Shown piece after piece: positions 40,773 through 50,772 of a stretch of 64,000 bases of DNA. The notes beneath the pieces were generated by a model, which was not told the DNA's origin, did no database searches, and saw nothing but the letters and a program-made list of their open reading frames with translations. The first letter of the stretch is position 1. Every line of letters begins with the position of its first letter. The position numbers and the translations under genes are program-made. The DNA is from an uncultured Actinomycetes bacterium (GTDB lineage Bacteria > Actinomycetota > UBA4738 > JBBDTT01). Location: assembly GCA_963742735.1 (NCBI GenBank), contig CAVUMN010000002.1:64001-128000 (forward strand), in the 5' to 3' direction.

Positions 40773-42031
40773 CCTGGATGCTCGTCGTGGTCGGGTTCCT
40801 GGTCGTGTTCGGCTCGCTGCTGGCGATCGCCGAGGCGGCCATCAGCCGGATGACGCGGGTCCGCGCGATGGCCCTGAAGGAGGACGGCCGGCGCAACGCG
40901 GCGCTCCTGGAACGCATCGAGAACGACCCGCCCACGTACCTGAACTCGATCTACCTCGCCGTGATGTTCGCGCAGAACGGTTCGGCCATCCTCATGGCGA
41001 TCTACGCCGAGCGACGGTTCGACTCCCTGGGCATCACCCTCACCTCGATCGGGTTCACGCTCCTGTATTTCGTCTTCGTCGAGGCGATGTCGAAGACGTA
41101 CGGCATCCTGCACAGCGACCGCGCCGCCCTGCTCCTGGCGCCGTTCGTCTACGGCCTGGCCCGTCTGTTCGCGTGGCCGACGAAGGCGCTGATCGGGCTG
41201 GCCAACGTCCTGCTGCCGGGCAAGGGGCTCAAGGCCGGGCCGTTCGTCTCCGAGGAGGACATCCGCTCGATGGCCGAGGTCGGCCGCGAGGAGGGCGCCA
41301 TCGAGGCCGAGGAGACCGAGCTGATCCACTCGATCTTCGAGTTCGGCGACACGATCGTGCGCGAGGTGATGGTCCCCCGGCCCGACATCGTGGCGATCGA
41401 GGTCAAGAAGAGCCTGCGCGCCGTGCAGGACCTGGTCCTGAAGCACGGCTTCTCCCGCCTGCCGGTCTACCGCGAGCAGCTCGACGACGTCGTCGGCGTG
41501 ATCTACGCGAAGGACGTGCTGAAGACCCTGCACCAGCGCAAGTCGGACGTGAAGATCGACGACATCGCCCGCAAGCCGCACTTCGTTCCCGAGTCGAAGA
41601 AGGTCGCCGAGCTCCTGCGAGAGATGCAGCGCGACAAGTTCCACATCGCGATCGTCACCGACGAGTACGGCTCGGTGGTGGGGCTGATCACCCTGGAGGA
41701 CCTCCTGGAGGAGCTGGTGGGCGAGATCGCGGACGAGTACGACCGCGAGGAGCCCCAGATCGAGCCGGTGGACGACCACACGTTCCGCGTGAACGCGCGG
41801 CTGGCGATCGACGAGGCGAACGAGATCCTCGACGCCTCGTTTCCCGACACCGAGTGGGACACGGTGGGCGGGCTGATGCAGGGGCTGCTCGGTCAGATCC
41901 CGCGCCAGGGCCAGGAGGTCACCTTCGAGAACTTCCGGTTCGTGGCCGAGCGGGTCAAGGGCCGGCGGATCGGGCGGATCCTCATCGAGCGACTCCCGGA
42001 GGCGGACGAGGATGGACAGCGCCCCGCCTGA
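40769..42031 (+). CDS. Hemolysin-family CNNM/CBS/CorC protein
   Basis: N-terminal TMs, REVMVPR, SRLPVY, DEYG...G..TLED. Confidence 0.9.
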   Translation: MTWMLVVVGFLVVFGSLLAIAEAAISRMTRVRAMALKEDGRRNAALLERIENDPPTYLNSIYLAVMFAQNGSAILMAIYAERRFDSLGITLTSIGFTLLYFVFVEAMSKTYGILHSDRAALLLAPFVYGLARLFAWPTKALIGLANVLLPGKGLKAGPFVSEEDIRSMAEVGREEGAIEAEETELIHSIFEFGDTIVREVMVPRPDIVAIEVKKSLRAVQDLVLKHGFSRLPVYREQLDDVVGVIYAKDVLKTLHQRKSDVKIDDIARKPHFVPESKKVAELLREMQRDKFHIAIVTDEYGSVVGLITLEDLLEELVGEIADEYDREEPQIEPVDDHTFRVNARLAIDEANEILDASFPDTEWDTVGGLMQGLLGQIPRQGQEVTFENFRFVAERVKGRRIGRILIERLPEADEDGQRPA

Positions 42032-42434
42032 CCTGCGCGCGCGCCTGGACGAGCTCCTGGCCGCCGCCCGCGAGGCCCGCGACGGCGCCTACGCCCCGTA
42101 CAGCAACTACACGGTCGGCGCCGCGCTGCTGGCCGGCGATCGGATCGTGACGGGCGCGAACGTCGAGAACGCCTCGTACTCGGTGGCGATCTGCGCCGAG
42201 CGGGTGGCGGCGGGCCACGCGGTGGCCCACGGGCTGCGCGACCTGCAGGCCGTGGCGGTGGTCGGGCCCGGCGAGGACCCGATCACGCCGTGCGGCGTCT
42301 GCCGGCAGTTCCTGAACGAGTTCAACCCGAACCTGATCGTGGTCTCCGAGGGGTCCTCCGGCGAGCGCTTCGCCGAGCCGCTGTCCGCACTGCTGCCCGA
42401 GGCGTTCGGCCCGGCCAACCTCGAGGACACGTGA
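42012..42434 (+). CDS. cdd: Cytidine deaminase
   Basis: AYAPYS, NVENASY, CAER, PCGVCRQ. Confidence 0.94.
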   Translation: MDSAPPDLRARLDELLAAAREARDGAYAPYSNYTVGAALLAGDRIVTGANVENASYSVAICAERVAAGHAVAHGLRDLQAVAVVGPGEDPITPCGVCRQFLNEFNPNLIVVSEGSSGERFAEPLSALLPEAFGPANLEDT

Positions 42435-43318
42435 CGTTCCGCAGCGGCATCGCCGGCGTGGTCGGCCGGCCGAACGTCGGGAAGTCGACCCTCGTCAACG
42501 CCCTGGTGGGGGCAAAGGTAGCGATCGTCTCCGACGTCCCCCAGACCACCCGCACCCGGATCCGCGGAGTGCTCTCGACCGAGGACTCCCAGATCGTGTT
42601 CACCGACACGCCGGGGTTTCACAAGCCACGCAGCCGGCTGGGGGACCGCCTCAACAAGCTGGTGGGGGAGTCGCTCGCGGACGTCGACGTGTGCGTGATG
42701 GTCGTCGACGGCCACGCCGGCATCGGGAAGGGAGACGGGTTCGTCTACCGCCGCCAGGTGGCGCCGCTGGGGATGCCCAAGGTCTGCGTGCTCAACAAGA
42801 TCGACCGGATCTCGCACCAGCGGGTGGTCAGTCAGCTGTCCCGAGCCCAGGCCCTGGGCGACTTCGACGAGATCATCCCGGTGTCGGCGAAGGCGGGGAC
42901 CGGGCTGGACGAGCTGCGTGGGCTGATCGTGGCGCGGCTTCCGGAGGGCCCGCCGCTGTTCCCCGTCGGCGAGGTGACCGACCAGACCCTGGAGCACCGA
43001 ATGGCCGAGGTCATCCGCGAGAAGGCGATCCTGGCCACGCGCGAGGAGATCCCGCACTCGATCGCGGTGGTCATCGACGAGGTCGAGCCGCCCGAGCACG
43101 ACGACGTGACGCGCATCCATTCGACGGTGCTCGTCCAGCGCGAGTCGCAGAAGGGCATCGTCATCGGCAGGGGCGGCGAGATGCTCAAGGGCATCGGCAC
43201 CCACGCACGCGAGGAGCTCGAGGTCCTCCTGGGCACCCGCGTCTACCTGGAGCTGCGGGTCAAGGTCCAGAAGGAATGGCAGCGCGACGACAACGCGCTG
43301 ACCCGCCTCGGGTTCTGA
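42431..43318 (+). CDS. era: GTPase Era
   Basis: GRPNVGKS, QTTR, DTPG, NKID, KH domain. Confidence 0.95.
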   Translation: MTFRSGIAGVVGRPNVGKSTLVNALVGAKVAIVSDVPQTTRTRIRGVLSTEDSQIVFTDTPGFHKPRSRLGDRLNKLVGESLADVDVCVMVVDGHAGIGKGDGFVYRRQVAPLGMPKVCVLNKIDRISHQRVVSQLSRAQALGDFDEIIPVSAKAGTGLDELRGLIVARLPEGPPLFPVGEVTDQTLEHRMAEVIREKAILATREEIPHSIAVVIDEVEPPEHDDVTRIHSTVLVQRESQKGIVIGRGGEMLKGIGTHAREELEVLLGTRVYLELRVKVQKEWQRDDNALTRLGF

Positions 43319-43325
43319 GCCGTCG

Positions 43326-43715
43326 CTACTGCGCGGTCAGTGTCCCCGTCATCTCCGGGTGGTACTTGCAGACCATCTCGTACTCGCCCGGAGCCACGGC
43401 GTTGCCCTCGCCGTTGAACGGCTCGCCAGGGGAGACGTCGACGTCGACCTGGGTGCCGGGGAGCTGGAAGTTATGCAGGGCGGTGCCGGTGTTCTCGACG
43501 CTGATCGGCTGTGACGCGAGGACGATCAGACACTCGGGCTCGAAGAAGTTGTCCCCCATCTCGATCTGGATCAGGTCCTGGTCGGTCTGATCGACGCAGG
43601 GCTCCTGGGTCTCGGTGGGCTCGTCGGTTCCGTTCGTGCCGGGAGTATCAGAGCCGCCGCAGGCGGCGGCGGTGAGCATCAGCAGGGCGAACAGCATGTA
43701 GAGGGTCTTGCGCAT
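43326..43715 (-). CDS. Cupredoxin-domain lipoprotein
   Basis: Lipobox AAC, DNFFEP, HN, CKYHPEM. Confidence 0.8.
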   Translation of the reverse strand: MRKTLYMLFALLMLTAAACGGSDTPGTNGTDEPTETQEPCVDQTDQDLIQIEMGDNFFEPECLIVLASQPISVENTGTALHNFQLPGTQVDVDVSPGEPFNGEGNAVAPGEYEMVCKYHPEMTGTLTAQ

Positions 43716-43741
43716 ATGTGGCCTCCTGGATGCGTGGGCGA

Positions 43742-44179
43742 TCAGACGACGGTGAGGGTCCCCGACATGCCGCCGCCGGCGGCGGAGCCGTGGAACCGGC
43801 AGTAGAAGGTGTACTCGCCGGGATCGAGCGGAGAGGGTCCCGACAGGGTCCGGGCCTGTCCCGGGTCGAGCTCGGCGTCGATGGGCGAGTTCGCGATCGT
43901 GAACGTGTGCGTCGCCGAGCCGTCGTTGCTCAGCAGGATGTCCGAGGACGCGTCGGCGGTGAAGCACTCGGGCTCGAAGAAGTTGTCGCCGATGCTCAGG
44001 CTGGCGTCCTGGCCGGAGAAGTCGGTGCAGTCGTCGGTGGGCTCGTCCGTGGGCTCATCGGTCGGCTCGTCCGTGGCGGTGGTGGGGCTCCCCTCGATGG
44101 CCGGGTTGTCGTCGCCGCCGCACGCCACGGCGAACAGGGCCAGCACGACCAGCAGGAGGATCGACACGGATCTGCGCAT
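43742..44179 (-). CDS. Cupredoxin-domain lipoprotein (paralog)
   Basis: Lipobox VAC, TDEP repeats, DNFFEP, HT, CRFH-x7-M. Confidence 0.8.
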   Translation of the reverse strand: MRRSVSILLLVVLALFAVACGGDDNPAIEGSPTTATDEPTDEPTDEPTDDCTDFSGQDASLSIGDNFFEPECFTADASSDILLSNDGSATHTFTIANSPIDAELDPGQARTLSGPSPLDPGEYTFYCRFHGSAAGGGMSGTLTVV

Positions 44180-44259
44180 GGGAGGTACCTCCTCGATCGG
44201 AATGGGGTCAACCCAGCGTAGCATTGGAGGTCCCCCCTCGATGGCGAAGGGAGACGTTC

Positions 44260-45222
44260 GTGGCCAAGGCCCCCGTCCGGGCAACCGGCGAAGTCCCGCA
44301 GACGAGCGGCCCTCAGGCCGTGTTTGCCGGCGGACGCCTGTCCCGGGTGACGCCCGTCGACGCGGTGGGGCTCGAGGAGCGAGCCGCCGGGCTGGCCACG
44401 CGCTCGATCAAGCGCGAGTCCAAGCTGTGGGCGCTCGACCTGGCCATCCGGTCGATGGACCTCACCACGCTGGAGGGCTCGGACACCGCCGGCAAGATCG
44501 TGCAGATGAGCGCGAAGGCCGTGCGTCCCGACCCGACGGACCCGTCGATCCCCAGCGTCGCCGCCGTGTGCGTCTACCCCGAGCTGGTCCCGGTGGCCGC
44601 CGCGCACCTGCGGGGGACCGGCGTAAAGGTCGCCAGCGTGGCCGGCGCGTTCCCCAGTGGGCACGGACCGCTGCAGGCGCGCCTGGAGGAGATCCGGTGG
44701 GCGGTGGCCAACGGCGCCGACGAGATCGACATCGTCCTGAACCGCGGCGCGTTCCTGGCTGGCGACTACCGCAAGGCGTTCGACGAGTGCGTCGCGGAGA
44801 TCGATGCGTCCCGGCCCGCCCACGTGAAGGTGATCCTGGAGGTGGGCGAGCTCGGCTCCTACGATCAGGTCCGGCGGGCCTCCGTCCTGGCCATGGCCGC
44901 CGGCGCCGACTTCATCAAGACCTCGACCGGCAAGATCCAGAAGGGGGCCAGCCTGCCCGCGGCGCTGTGCATGATGGAGGCCGTCCGCGAGTTCGCCCAG
45001 GAGGCCGGCCGCCGCGTCGGCGTGAAGGTCGCCGGCGGCGTCCGCTCCTCGAAGAACGCCATCCAGTACCTGGTCCTGCTGCACGAGACCCTGGGCGAGG
45101 ACTGGATGACGCCGGACCTGTTCCGCATCGGCGCCTCCACCCTGCTCAACGACGTGCTGATGCAGATCCACAAGGAGCGCACCGGCGCGTACCAGAGCCC
45201 CGACTACTTCACGATCGACTGA
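44260..45222 (+). CDS. deoC: Deoxyribose-phosphate aldolase
   Basis: DLTTLEG, DEIDIV, KVILE, FIKTSTGK, RIGAS. Confidence 0.93.
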   Translation: MAKAPVRATGEVPQTSGPQAVFAGGRLSRVTPVDAVGLEERAAGLATRSIKRESKLWALDLAIRSMDLTTLEGSDTAGKIVQMSAKAVRPDPTDPSIPSVAAVCVYPELVPVAAAHLRGTGVKVASVAGAFPSGHGPLQARLEEIRWAVANGADEIDIVLNRGAFLAGDYRKAFDECVAEIDASRPAHVKVILEVGELGSYDQVRRASVLAMAAGADFIKTSTGKIQKGASLPAALCMMEAVREFAQEAGRRVGVKVAGGVRSSKNAIQYLVLLHETLGEDWMTPDLFRIGASTLLNDVLMQIHKERTGAYQSPDYFTID

Positions 45223-45226
45223 CGCG

Positions 45227-46747
45227 ATGGCCGACGACTCGAAGGACCTCCAGCCCCGGGCGGGGACGCCGGCCACACGGCCGCCGGCGTGGGAGTACGC
45301 CGACGCGCCGGAGTCCCGCGACCTGGTCCGCATCGAGCCGCGCTACGGCCTGTTCATCGGCGGCGAGTTCGTCGAGCCCCGCTCCGGCCGGGTGTTCAGC
45401 ACGATCGACCCCGCCACCGAGGAGGCCCTGTCCGAGGTGGCGGAGGCCGGGCCCGAGGACGTCGAGCTCGCGGTGACCGCGGCCCGCGAGGCCCAGGAGA
45501 ACGTGTGGGGCGAGATGCCCGGACGCGAGCGGGCGAAGTACCTCTACCGCATCGCCCGCGAGATCCAGGAGCGAGCCCGCGAGTTCGCCGTCCTGGAGTC
45601 GATCGACGGCGGCAAGCCGATCAAGGAGTCGCGCGACGTGGACGTCCCGCTCGCCGCGGCGCACTTCTTCTACTACGCGGGGTGGGCCGACAAGCTCGGC
45701 TACGCGTTCCCGGGCCGGCGGCCGAAGCCCCTCGGCGTGGCCGGCCAGATCATCCCGTGGAACTTCCCGCTGTTGATGGCGGCGTGGAAGCTCGCGCCGG
45801 CGCTGGCCACGGGCAACACCGTCGTGCTGAAGCCGGCGGAGACCACGCCGCTGACGGCGTTGCTGCTGGCACAGGTGCTGCGCGACGTGGAGCTGCCGCC
45901 CGGCGTGGTGAACATCGTCACCGGCAACGGCGAGACCGGCGGGTACCTGGTCCGGCACCCGGGCGTGGACAAGCTCGCGTTCACCGGCTCGACCGAGGTC
46001 GGCAAGGCCATCCGCAAGGCCACGGCCGGGACGCGCAAGCGGCTCACCCTGGAGCTCGGCGGCAAGGCCGCCAACATCGTGTTCGAGGACGCGCCGCTGG
46101 ACCAGGCCGTCGAGGGGATCGTCAACGGGATCTACTTCAACCAGGGCCACGTGTGCTGCGCGGGCTCGCGGCTGCTCGTCCAGGAGTCGGCGTTCGACGC
46201 GGTGCTCGAGAAGCTGAAGGCGCGGCTGGGGACGCTGCGGGTCGGCAACCCCCTCGACAAGAACACCGACCTCGGTGCGATCAACTCGAAGGCGCAGCTC
46301 CGGCGGATCGAGGAGCTCGTGGCCTCGGGCGTCGAGGAGGGTGCCGAGATCTACCAGCCCCCGTGCGAGCTCCCCGAGCGCGGGTTCTGGTTCGCGCCGA
46401 CGCTGTTCACCGGCGTCAGCCAGTCGCACCGCATCGCCCGCGAGGAGATCTTCGGCCCGGTGCTGTCGATCCTCACGTTCCGCACGCCCGACGAGGCCGT
46501 CGAGAAGGCGAACAACACGCCGTACGGCCTGTCGGCGGGGGTGTGGACCGAGAAGGGCTCGCGCATCCTGTGGATGGCGGAGCGCCTGCGCGCCGGGGTG
46601 GTGTGGGCCAACACCTACAACCGGTTCGACCCGGCCTCGCCGTTCGGCGGGTACAAGGAGTCCGGGTTCGGCCGCGAGGGCGGCCTGCACGGGCTGTCCC
46701 CGTACCTGGAGCTCGAGCCCATGGCCACGAACGGCGGCGGCGCGTGA
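45227..46747 (+). CDS. Aldehyde dehydrogenase
   Basis: PWNFP, FTGST, LELGGK, QG.VCCA, EEIFGP. Confidence 0.93.
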   Translation: MADDSKDLQPRAGTPATRPPAWEYADAPESRDLVRIEPRYGLFIGGEFVEPRSGRVFSTIDPATEEALSEVAEAGPEDVELAVTAAREAQENVWGEMPGRERAKYLYRIAREIQERAREFAVLESIDGGKPIKESRDVDVPLAAAHFFYYAGWADKLGYAFPGRRPKPLGVAGQIIPWNFPLLMAAWKLAPALATGNTVVLKPAETTPLTALLLAQVLRDVELPPGVVNIVTGNGETGGYLVRHPGVDKLAFTGSTEVGKAIRKATAGTRKRLTLELGGKAANIVFEDAPLDQAVEGIVNGIYFNQGHVCCAGSRLLVQESAFDAVLEKLKARLGTLRVGNPLDKNTDLGAINSKAQLRRIEELVASGVEEGAEIYQPPCELPERGFWFAPTLFTGVSQSHRIAREEIFGPVLSILTFRTPDEAVEKANNTPYGLSAGVWTEKGSRILWMAERLRAGVVWANTYNRFDPASPFGGYKESGFGREGGLHGLSPYLELEPMATNGGGA

Positions 46748-47604
46748 GCGACGACCGGCTGCCCGTCCGCAAGACCTACAAGCTCTACGTGGGCGGCGAG
46801 TTCCCGCGCAGCGAGTCGGGGCGCTCGTACCCGGTCAACGACCACGACGGGAATTTGCTGGCGTGGGCGGCGCGGGCCTCGCGCAAGGATCTCCGCGAGG
46901 CCGCGCGGGCGGCGCGAGCGGCGTTCGGTGGATGGGCGGCGAAGACCGCCTACAACCGCGGCCAGGTCCTGTACCGGGTGGCGGAGCTCATGGAGGGCCG
47001 CCGGGCGCAGTTCGAGGACGAGGCCGGCCGAAGCGGCTCGGACGACCCGGCCCGCGAGGTGGCGATCGCCATCGACCGGTGGGTCTGGTACGCGGGGTGG
47101 GCGGACAAGGTCCACCACGTGATGGGCACCGTGAACCCGGTGGCCGGCCCGTACTTCAACTTCACGTTCCCCGAGCCGACCGGCGTGGTGGGCATCGTCG
47201 CGCCGGAGGGCCCGCCGCTGCTGGGCCTGGTGTCGCGGCTCGCCCCGGCGATCGTCAGCGGCAACGCGACGGTCCTGCTGGCCAGCGAGGAGGCGCCGCT
47301 GCCCGCGGTCACGCTGTCCGAGGTCCTGGCGACGAGCGACGTCCCCGGCGGCGTGGTCAACGTGCTGACCGGGTTGAAGACCGAGCTGATCCCGTGGCTC
47401 GCCGGGCACATGGACGTGAACGCCCTCGACCTGACCGGCGTCCCCGAGCACCTGCGGATGGAGGTCGAGCAGCTCTCCGCGGAGAACGTGAAGCGGCTGG
47501 TGAGCGCGGACGGCGCCGACCCGTTCGACGACGCCGCCCAGTCGCCCTACGCCGTCACCGATCTCATGGAGATGAAGACGGTCTGGCACCCCATGGGCGC
47601 CTGA
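46744..47604 (+). CDS. Short aldehyde dehydrogenase-like protein (NAD-binding part only)
   Basis: KTYKLY.GG.FPRSESGR, EP.GVV; lacks ELGGK and the catalytic Cys domain. Confidence 0.85.
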   Translation: MSDDRLPVRKTYKLYVGGEFPRSESGRSYPVNDHDGNLLAWAARASRKDLREAARAARAAFGGWAAKTAYNRGQVLYRVAELMEGRRAQFEDEAGRSGSDDPAREVAIAIDRWVWYAGWADKVHHVMGTVNPVAGPYFNFTFPEPTGVVGIVAPEGPPLLGLVSRLAPAIVSGNATVLLASEEAPLPAVTLSEVLATSDVPGGVVNVLTGLKTELIPWLAGHMDVNALDLTGVPEHLRMEVEQLSAENVKRLVSADGADPFDDAAQSPYAVTDLMEMKTVWHPMGA

Positions 47605-47614
47605 TCCGGAGGCT

Positions 47615-47639
47615 TACATCACCATCATCGAGTGATGTA
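47615..47639. promoter_or_regulatory. Palindromic operator of the TA promoter
   Basis: TACATCAC-N9-GTGATGTA perfect 8-bp inverted repeat overlapping TATCCT -10. Confidence 0.7.
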
Positions 47640-47649
47640 TCCTCCACCC

Positions 47650-47868
47650 ATGGCCATGAAGCGGCTGCAGATCTCGATCGAGCCCGAGCTCGACGACGCG
47701 CTCGCGGTCGAGTCCGTACGGACCGGGCGGTCGAAGGCCGACCTGATCCGGTCCTACGTGCGCGAGAAGCTCTCGCGGAAACGGGGCGGACGCGACCCGA
47801 TCGACGACCTGGTCGGCGCGTTCGACTACGAACCGGCGGATATCGACACCGTCGTGTACGAAGAGTGA
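47650..47868 (+). CDS. vapB: RHH/CopG-type antitoxin (VapB-like)
   Basis: MKRLQISI..ELD..L.....GRSKA.LIR; acidic C-terminus; overlaps toxin start. Confidence 0.8.
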   Translation: MAMKRLQISIEPELDDALAVESVRTGRSKADLIRSYVREKLSRKRGGRDPIDDLVGAFDYEPADIDTVVYEE

Positions 47869-48266
47869 GGTTCGTCGATTCCTCCTTCTGGATCGGGCTA
47901 AGCAGTCCGAGGGACCACCGGCACGTCGACGCAGTCGCCATCTGGCGCTCGGGCCCAGGCCCGCTCGTAACGTCGAACCACGTCCTGGGAGAGTCGTGGA
48001 CGTTCCTGCGCAGGCGCGCCGGTCATCGCGCGGCAGGTCTGCTGCTTGACCGAGTGTCGAGCTCGCCACAGGTCGAGGTTCAATTCGTCGATGAGGGAAC
48101 CGAGGACGTCGCCTGGCGGTGGCTTCGCCGCCATGACGAGCGTCCGTACTCCTTCGTGGACGCGACGAGCTTTGCGGTCATGCGTCGCCTACGGATACGA
48201 GAAGCGCTGGCGTTCGACGGCGACTTCTCCGCGGCCGGGTTCATCGAGGTCCGGCCGGTGGGCTGA
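47865..48266 (+). CDS. vapC: PIN-domain toxin (VapC-like)
   Basis: FVDSS, E, SFVDA.SF..M, FD.DF. Confidence 0.88.
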   Translation: MRFVDSSFWIGLSSPRDHRHVDAVAIWRSGPGPLVTSNHVLGESWTFLRRRAGHRAAGLLLDRVSSSPQVEVQFVDEGTEDVAWRWLRRHDERPYSFVDATSFAVMRRLRIREALAFDGDFSAAGFIEVRPVG

Positions 48267-48271
48267 CCGTT

Positions 48272-49909
48272 CTACGACAGGGGCAAGCCGTATCGGCGGG
48301 CCGAGGCCTTGATCAGCGGCGCGTAACCCGTCTGTCTGAGGGCCTTCGCCGCCGTGATCAGGGCGGCGACGCCGTCGCCGAAGTCCGCGTTCGTCGACAT
48401 GAACTCGTGCGAGGTGAGGACGAGCTTCAGGACGCGGTCGGTGCGGAGGGCGGCGAGCTGCGCGGGACTGCGCTTCTTGCAGACCTTCGTCTTCTCGTTC
48501 GGGGTGCAGCCGAGGGACGTCCGCAGCCTCCACAGGAAGGCCGACCAGATCTCGCCGTCGTCGTGGACCTCCGGTGGATCGACCATGTCCTCCGGATAGT
48601 GCTTGGGTTCGTTCGTGAGCCGCAGGCAGACCGGGCCCGCGGCGGGATCCGCGTACGAGGTCGCGTCCCACTCGCCCACGCACTCGTCCTGGAAGCCCTT
48701 GCTGATCGAGCGGGCGTAGTACGCGGCGGCCAGGAAGTCGCCCCAGCCCTCGCCCATCGAGCCGCCCTCGTGGTGCTGACCCCATCCTGGGACCTGGGCG
48801 TCGTGCACGGCGTGCCCGTACTCGTGGACGATGATCTCGGCGTCCTCGCCGTCGTCGACGCCGCCCGAGCCGAACAGCATCAGGTCATTCCCCGGCTGGT
48901 AGAAGCTGTTGTCGAAGCCGGGGACGATGACCGCGATCACCTGCTGCGGCTCGGCGTTCACCCCGGCCTCGCCGCGGAACCCGAGTGACTGGAAGTACCG
49001 CTGGATGCGGTCCAGGTGCGCATAGGCCATGGTCGCCTCGAATCGCGGGTCGCCGCGCGTGAACGAGAAGGCCGGGCCGAGGAGCAGGGGAAGCGGCGCC
49101 TGGACGTCCACGTACGGCCCCACGAGCCGGGCGAACGGAAGCTGTCCCTCGTCGAGGTCCCGGAGGGGGAGGCCGACGAGCTCGGCCGTCAGCTCGGCGC
49201 TGTCCAGGTCGGTGTCCACGCCTCCCTCGTCGAAACCCGGCTGCCGCATCGCCGGGTTCCGAGCAGAGACGGTGGGGCTCGGGTCGAACACCGTCGCCGA
49301 GCCGTCCGCGAACCGCCGCCCGTCGCGGATCTCGATCGGGCGCCCGGTCGCGGCGTCCACGACCGCGGTGCCGGCGATCGCGGGCCGCAGGGACAGCGCG
49401 GTGACGTGCCACGCGTCGACCAGGCGGCCGGCGTGGATCGTGAGCATCCGCGCCACGGCGGGCGGGGAGTAGGGGGTCGCGATACCGAGCGCGGCCAGGC
49501 CGAGCTCCCCGGCGGCCGCGGCGGAGATCGGATGGAGCGCAGGCCCTCCGGGAAGGCTCGACGGGCGGGCCTCGATCTGCCAGACCCGTCCGCGGACCAT
49601 GTGGACGGCGGTTGAGGTCGTCTCGACGGGCACCCCACCGCGGAACTCGCGTCCCCGGACATGCACGCCGACGATGGAGCGGCGGACCGACTCGAAGCGG
49701 AAGGCGGAGCCATCCAGGCCGAGCTCGGCCGAGTGAGCCGCCAGGGCTCGCCGGGCCACCGTCAGGGGCGCGCCGGCGCCGGGGCCCAGGTCGCCGCGGA
49801 GGATCCCGCCGGCATGGGCAGAAGCGGGTGTGGCCGAGCCTGCCCCGGCCGGGAGCAGGCCGGCGGTCATCACGACGACGAGCAGCGCGGCGATGCGCAT
49901 CCGGCCCAT
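48272..49909 (-). CDS. Secreted M36/M4-like zinc metallopeptidase
   Basis: Signal peptide, propeptide, HEYGH, GEGWGDF, EVH.DGEIW. Confidence 0.85.
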   Translation of the reverse strand: MGRMRIAALLVVVMTAGLLPAGAGSATPASAHAGGILRGDLGPGAGAPLTVARRALAAHSAELGLDGSAFRFESVRRSIVGVHVRGREFRGGVPVETTSTAVHMVRGRVWQIEARPSSLPGGPALHPISAAAAGELGLAALGIATPYSPPAVARMLTIHAGRLVDAWHVTALSLRPAIAGTAVVDAATGRPIEIRDGRRFADGSATVFDPSPTVSARNPAMRQPGFDEGGVDTDLDSAELTAELVGLPLRDLDEGQLPFARLVGPYVDVQAPLPLLLGPAFSFTRGDPRFEATMAYAHLDRIQRYFQSLGFRGEAGVNAEPQQVIAVIVPGFDNSFYQPGNDLMLFGSGGVDDGEDAEIIVHEYGHAVHDAQVPGWGQHHEGGSMGEGWGDFLAAAYYARSISKGFQDECVGEWDATSYADPAAGPVCLRLTNEPKHYPEDMVDPPEVHDDGEIWSAFLWRLRTSLGCTPNEKTKVCKKRSPAQLAALRTDRVLKLVLTSHEFMSTNADFGDGVAALITAAKALRQTGYAPLIKASARRYGLPLS

Positions 49910-50016
49910 GACCGATTTGTTCGACCCCGCCGGGCACCGTACCTGCGTGGGGAGTTCCACGGCTTCTTCACATCTGCGCGGCCGAGCGCGTCCGGGCCGG
50001 TAGTACGATGCCGACG

Positions 50017-50772
50017 ATGCCGCTCTACAAGGAACAGGGCGTCGTCCTTCGTGCCACGAAGCTCGCCGAGGCGGACAAGATCGTCTCGATCCTCACGCAG
50101 GGTTCGGGGAAGGTGCGCGCCGTCGCGAAGGGCGTCCGGCGCACCCAGAGCAAGTTCGGGGCGCGGCTCGAGCCGTTCACCCACGTGTCGCTGCTGCTGT
50201 ACCAGGGCCGCTCGCTCGACACGATCACCCAGGCGGAGATCCTCTCGCCGTTCGTGGCCATCCGCGAGGACTTCACGCGGTTCTCCGCTGGGGAGGCCAT
50301 GCTCGAGGCCGTCGACCGCGTCTCCGAGGAGCACGAGAAGAACGTCCCGCTGTTCCTCCTCCTGCTGAACGGCCTGCGCGCGCTCGACACCCGCCCGCCC
50401 GACCCGGCCGCCGTGGCGGAGTCGTTCATCCTCAAGCTGCTCTCGCTGTCCGGGTTCCACCCGAGCCTGTCCGCATGCGCGGAGTGCGGGTCGCCGGACG
50501 TCGTGGCGTTCAGCTCGTCACAGGGCGGGGCGGTGTGCGCCGACCACGCCGAGCGCGACGCGATGCCGGTCGGGCGCGAGGTCCTGGTTTGGCTCGACGC
50601 CCTGGCCGAGGCCGAGCTGGCCCAGGCCGGTCAGGGCGGCGCCCCCGACCTGCTGCGCCGCGAGGCCTGGCAGCTCCTCTCCGGCTACACCGAGTACCAC
50701 CTGGAGCGCCGGATGCGCTCGCTGCCGCTGCTGTCCCGAACCGCGCCCCCGGCCACCCTCCCGCTCGCATGA
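50017..50772 (+). CDS. recO: DNA repair protein RecO
   Basis: EADKI, GKVRAVAKG, LEPF, CxxC...CxxH Zn finger. Confidence 0.93.
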   Translation: MPLYKEQGVVLRATKLAEADKIVSILTQGSGKVRAVAKGVRRTQSKFGARLEPFTHVSLLLYQGRSLDTITQAEILSPFVAIREDFTRFSAGEAMLEAVDRVSEEHEKNVPLFLLLLNGLRALDTRPPDPAAVAESFILKLLSLSGFHPSLSACAECGSPDVVAFSSSQGGAVCADHAERDAMPVGREVLVWLDALAEAELAQAGQGGAPDLLRREAWQLLSGYTEYHLERRMRSLPLLSRTAPPATLPLA

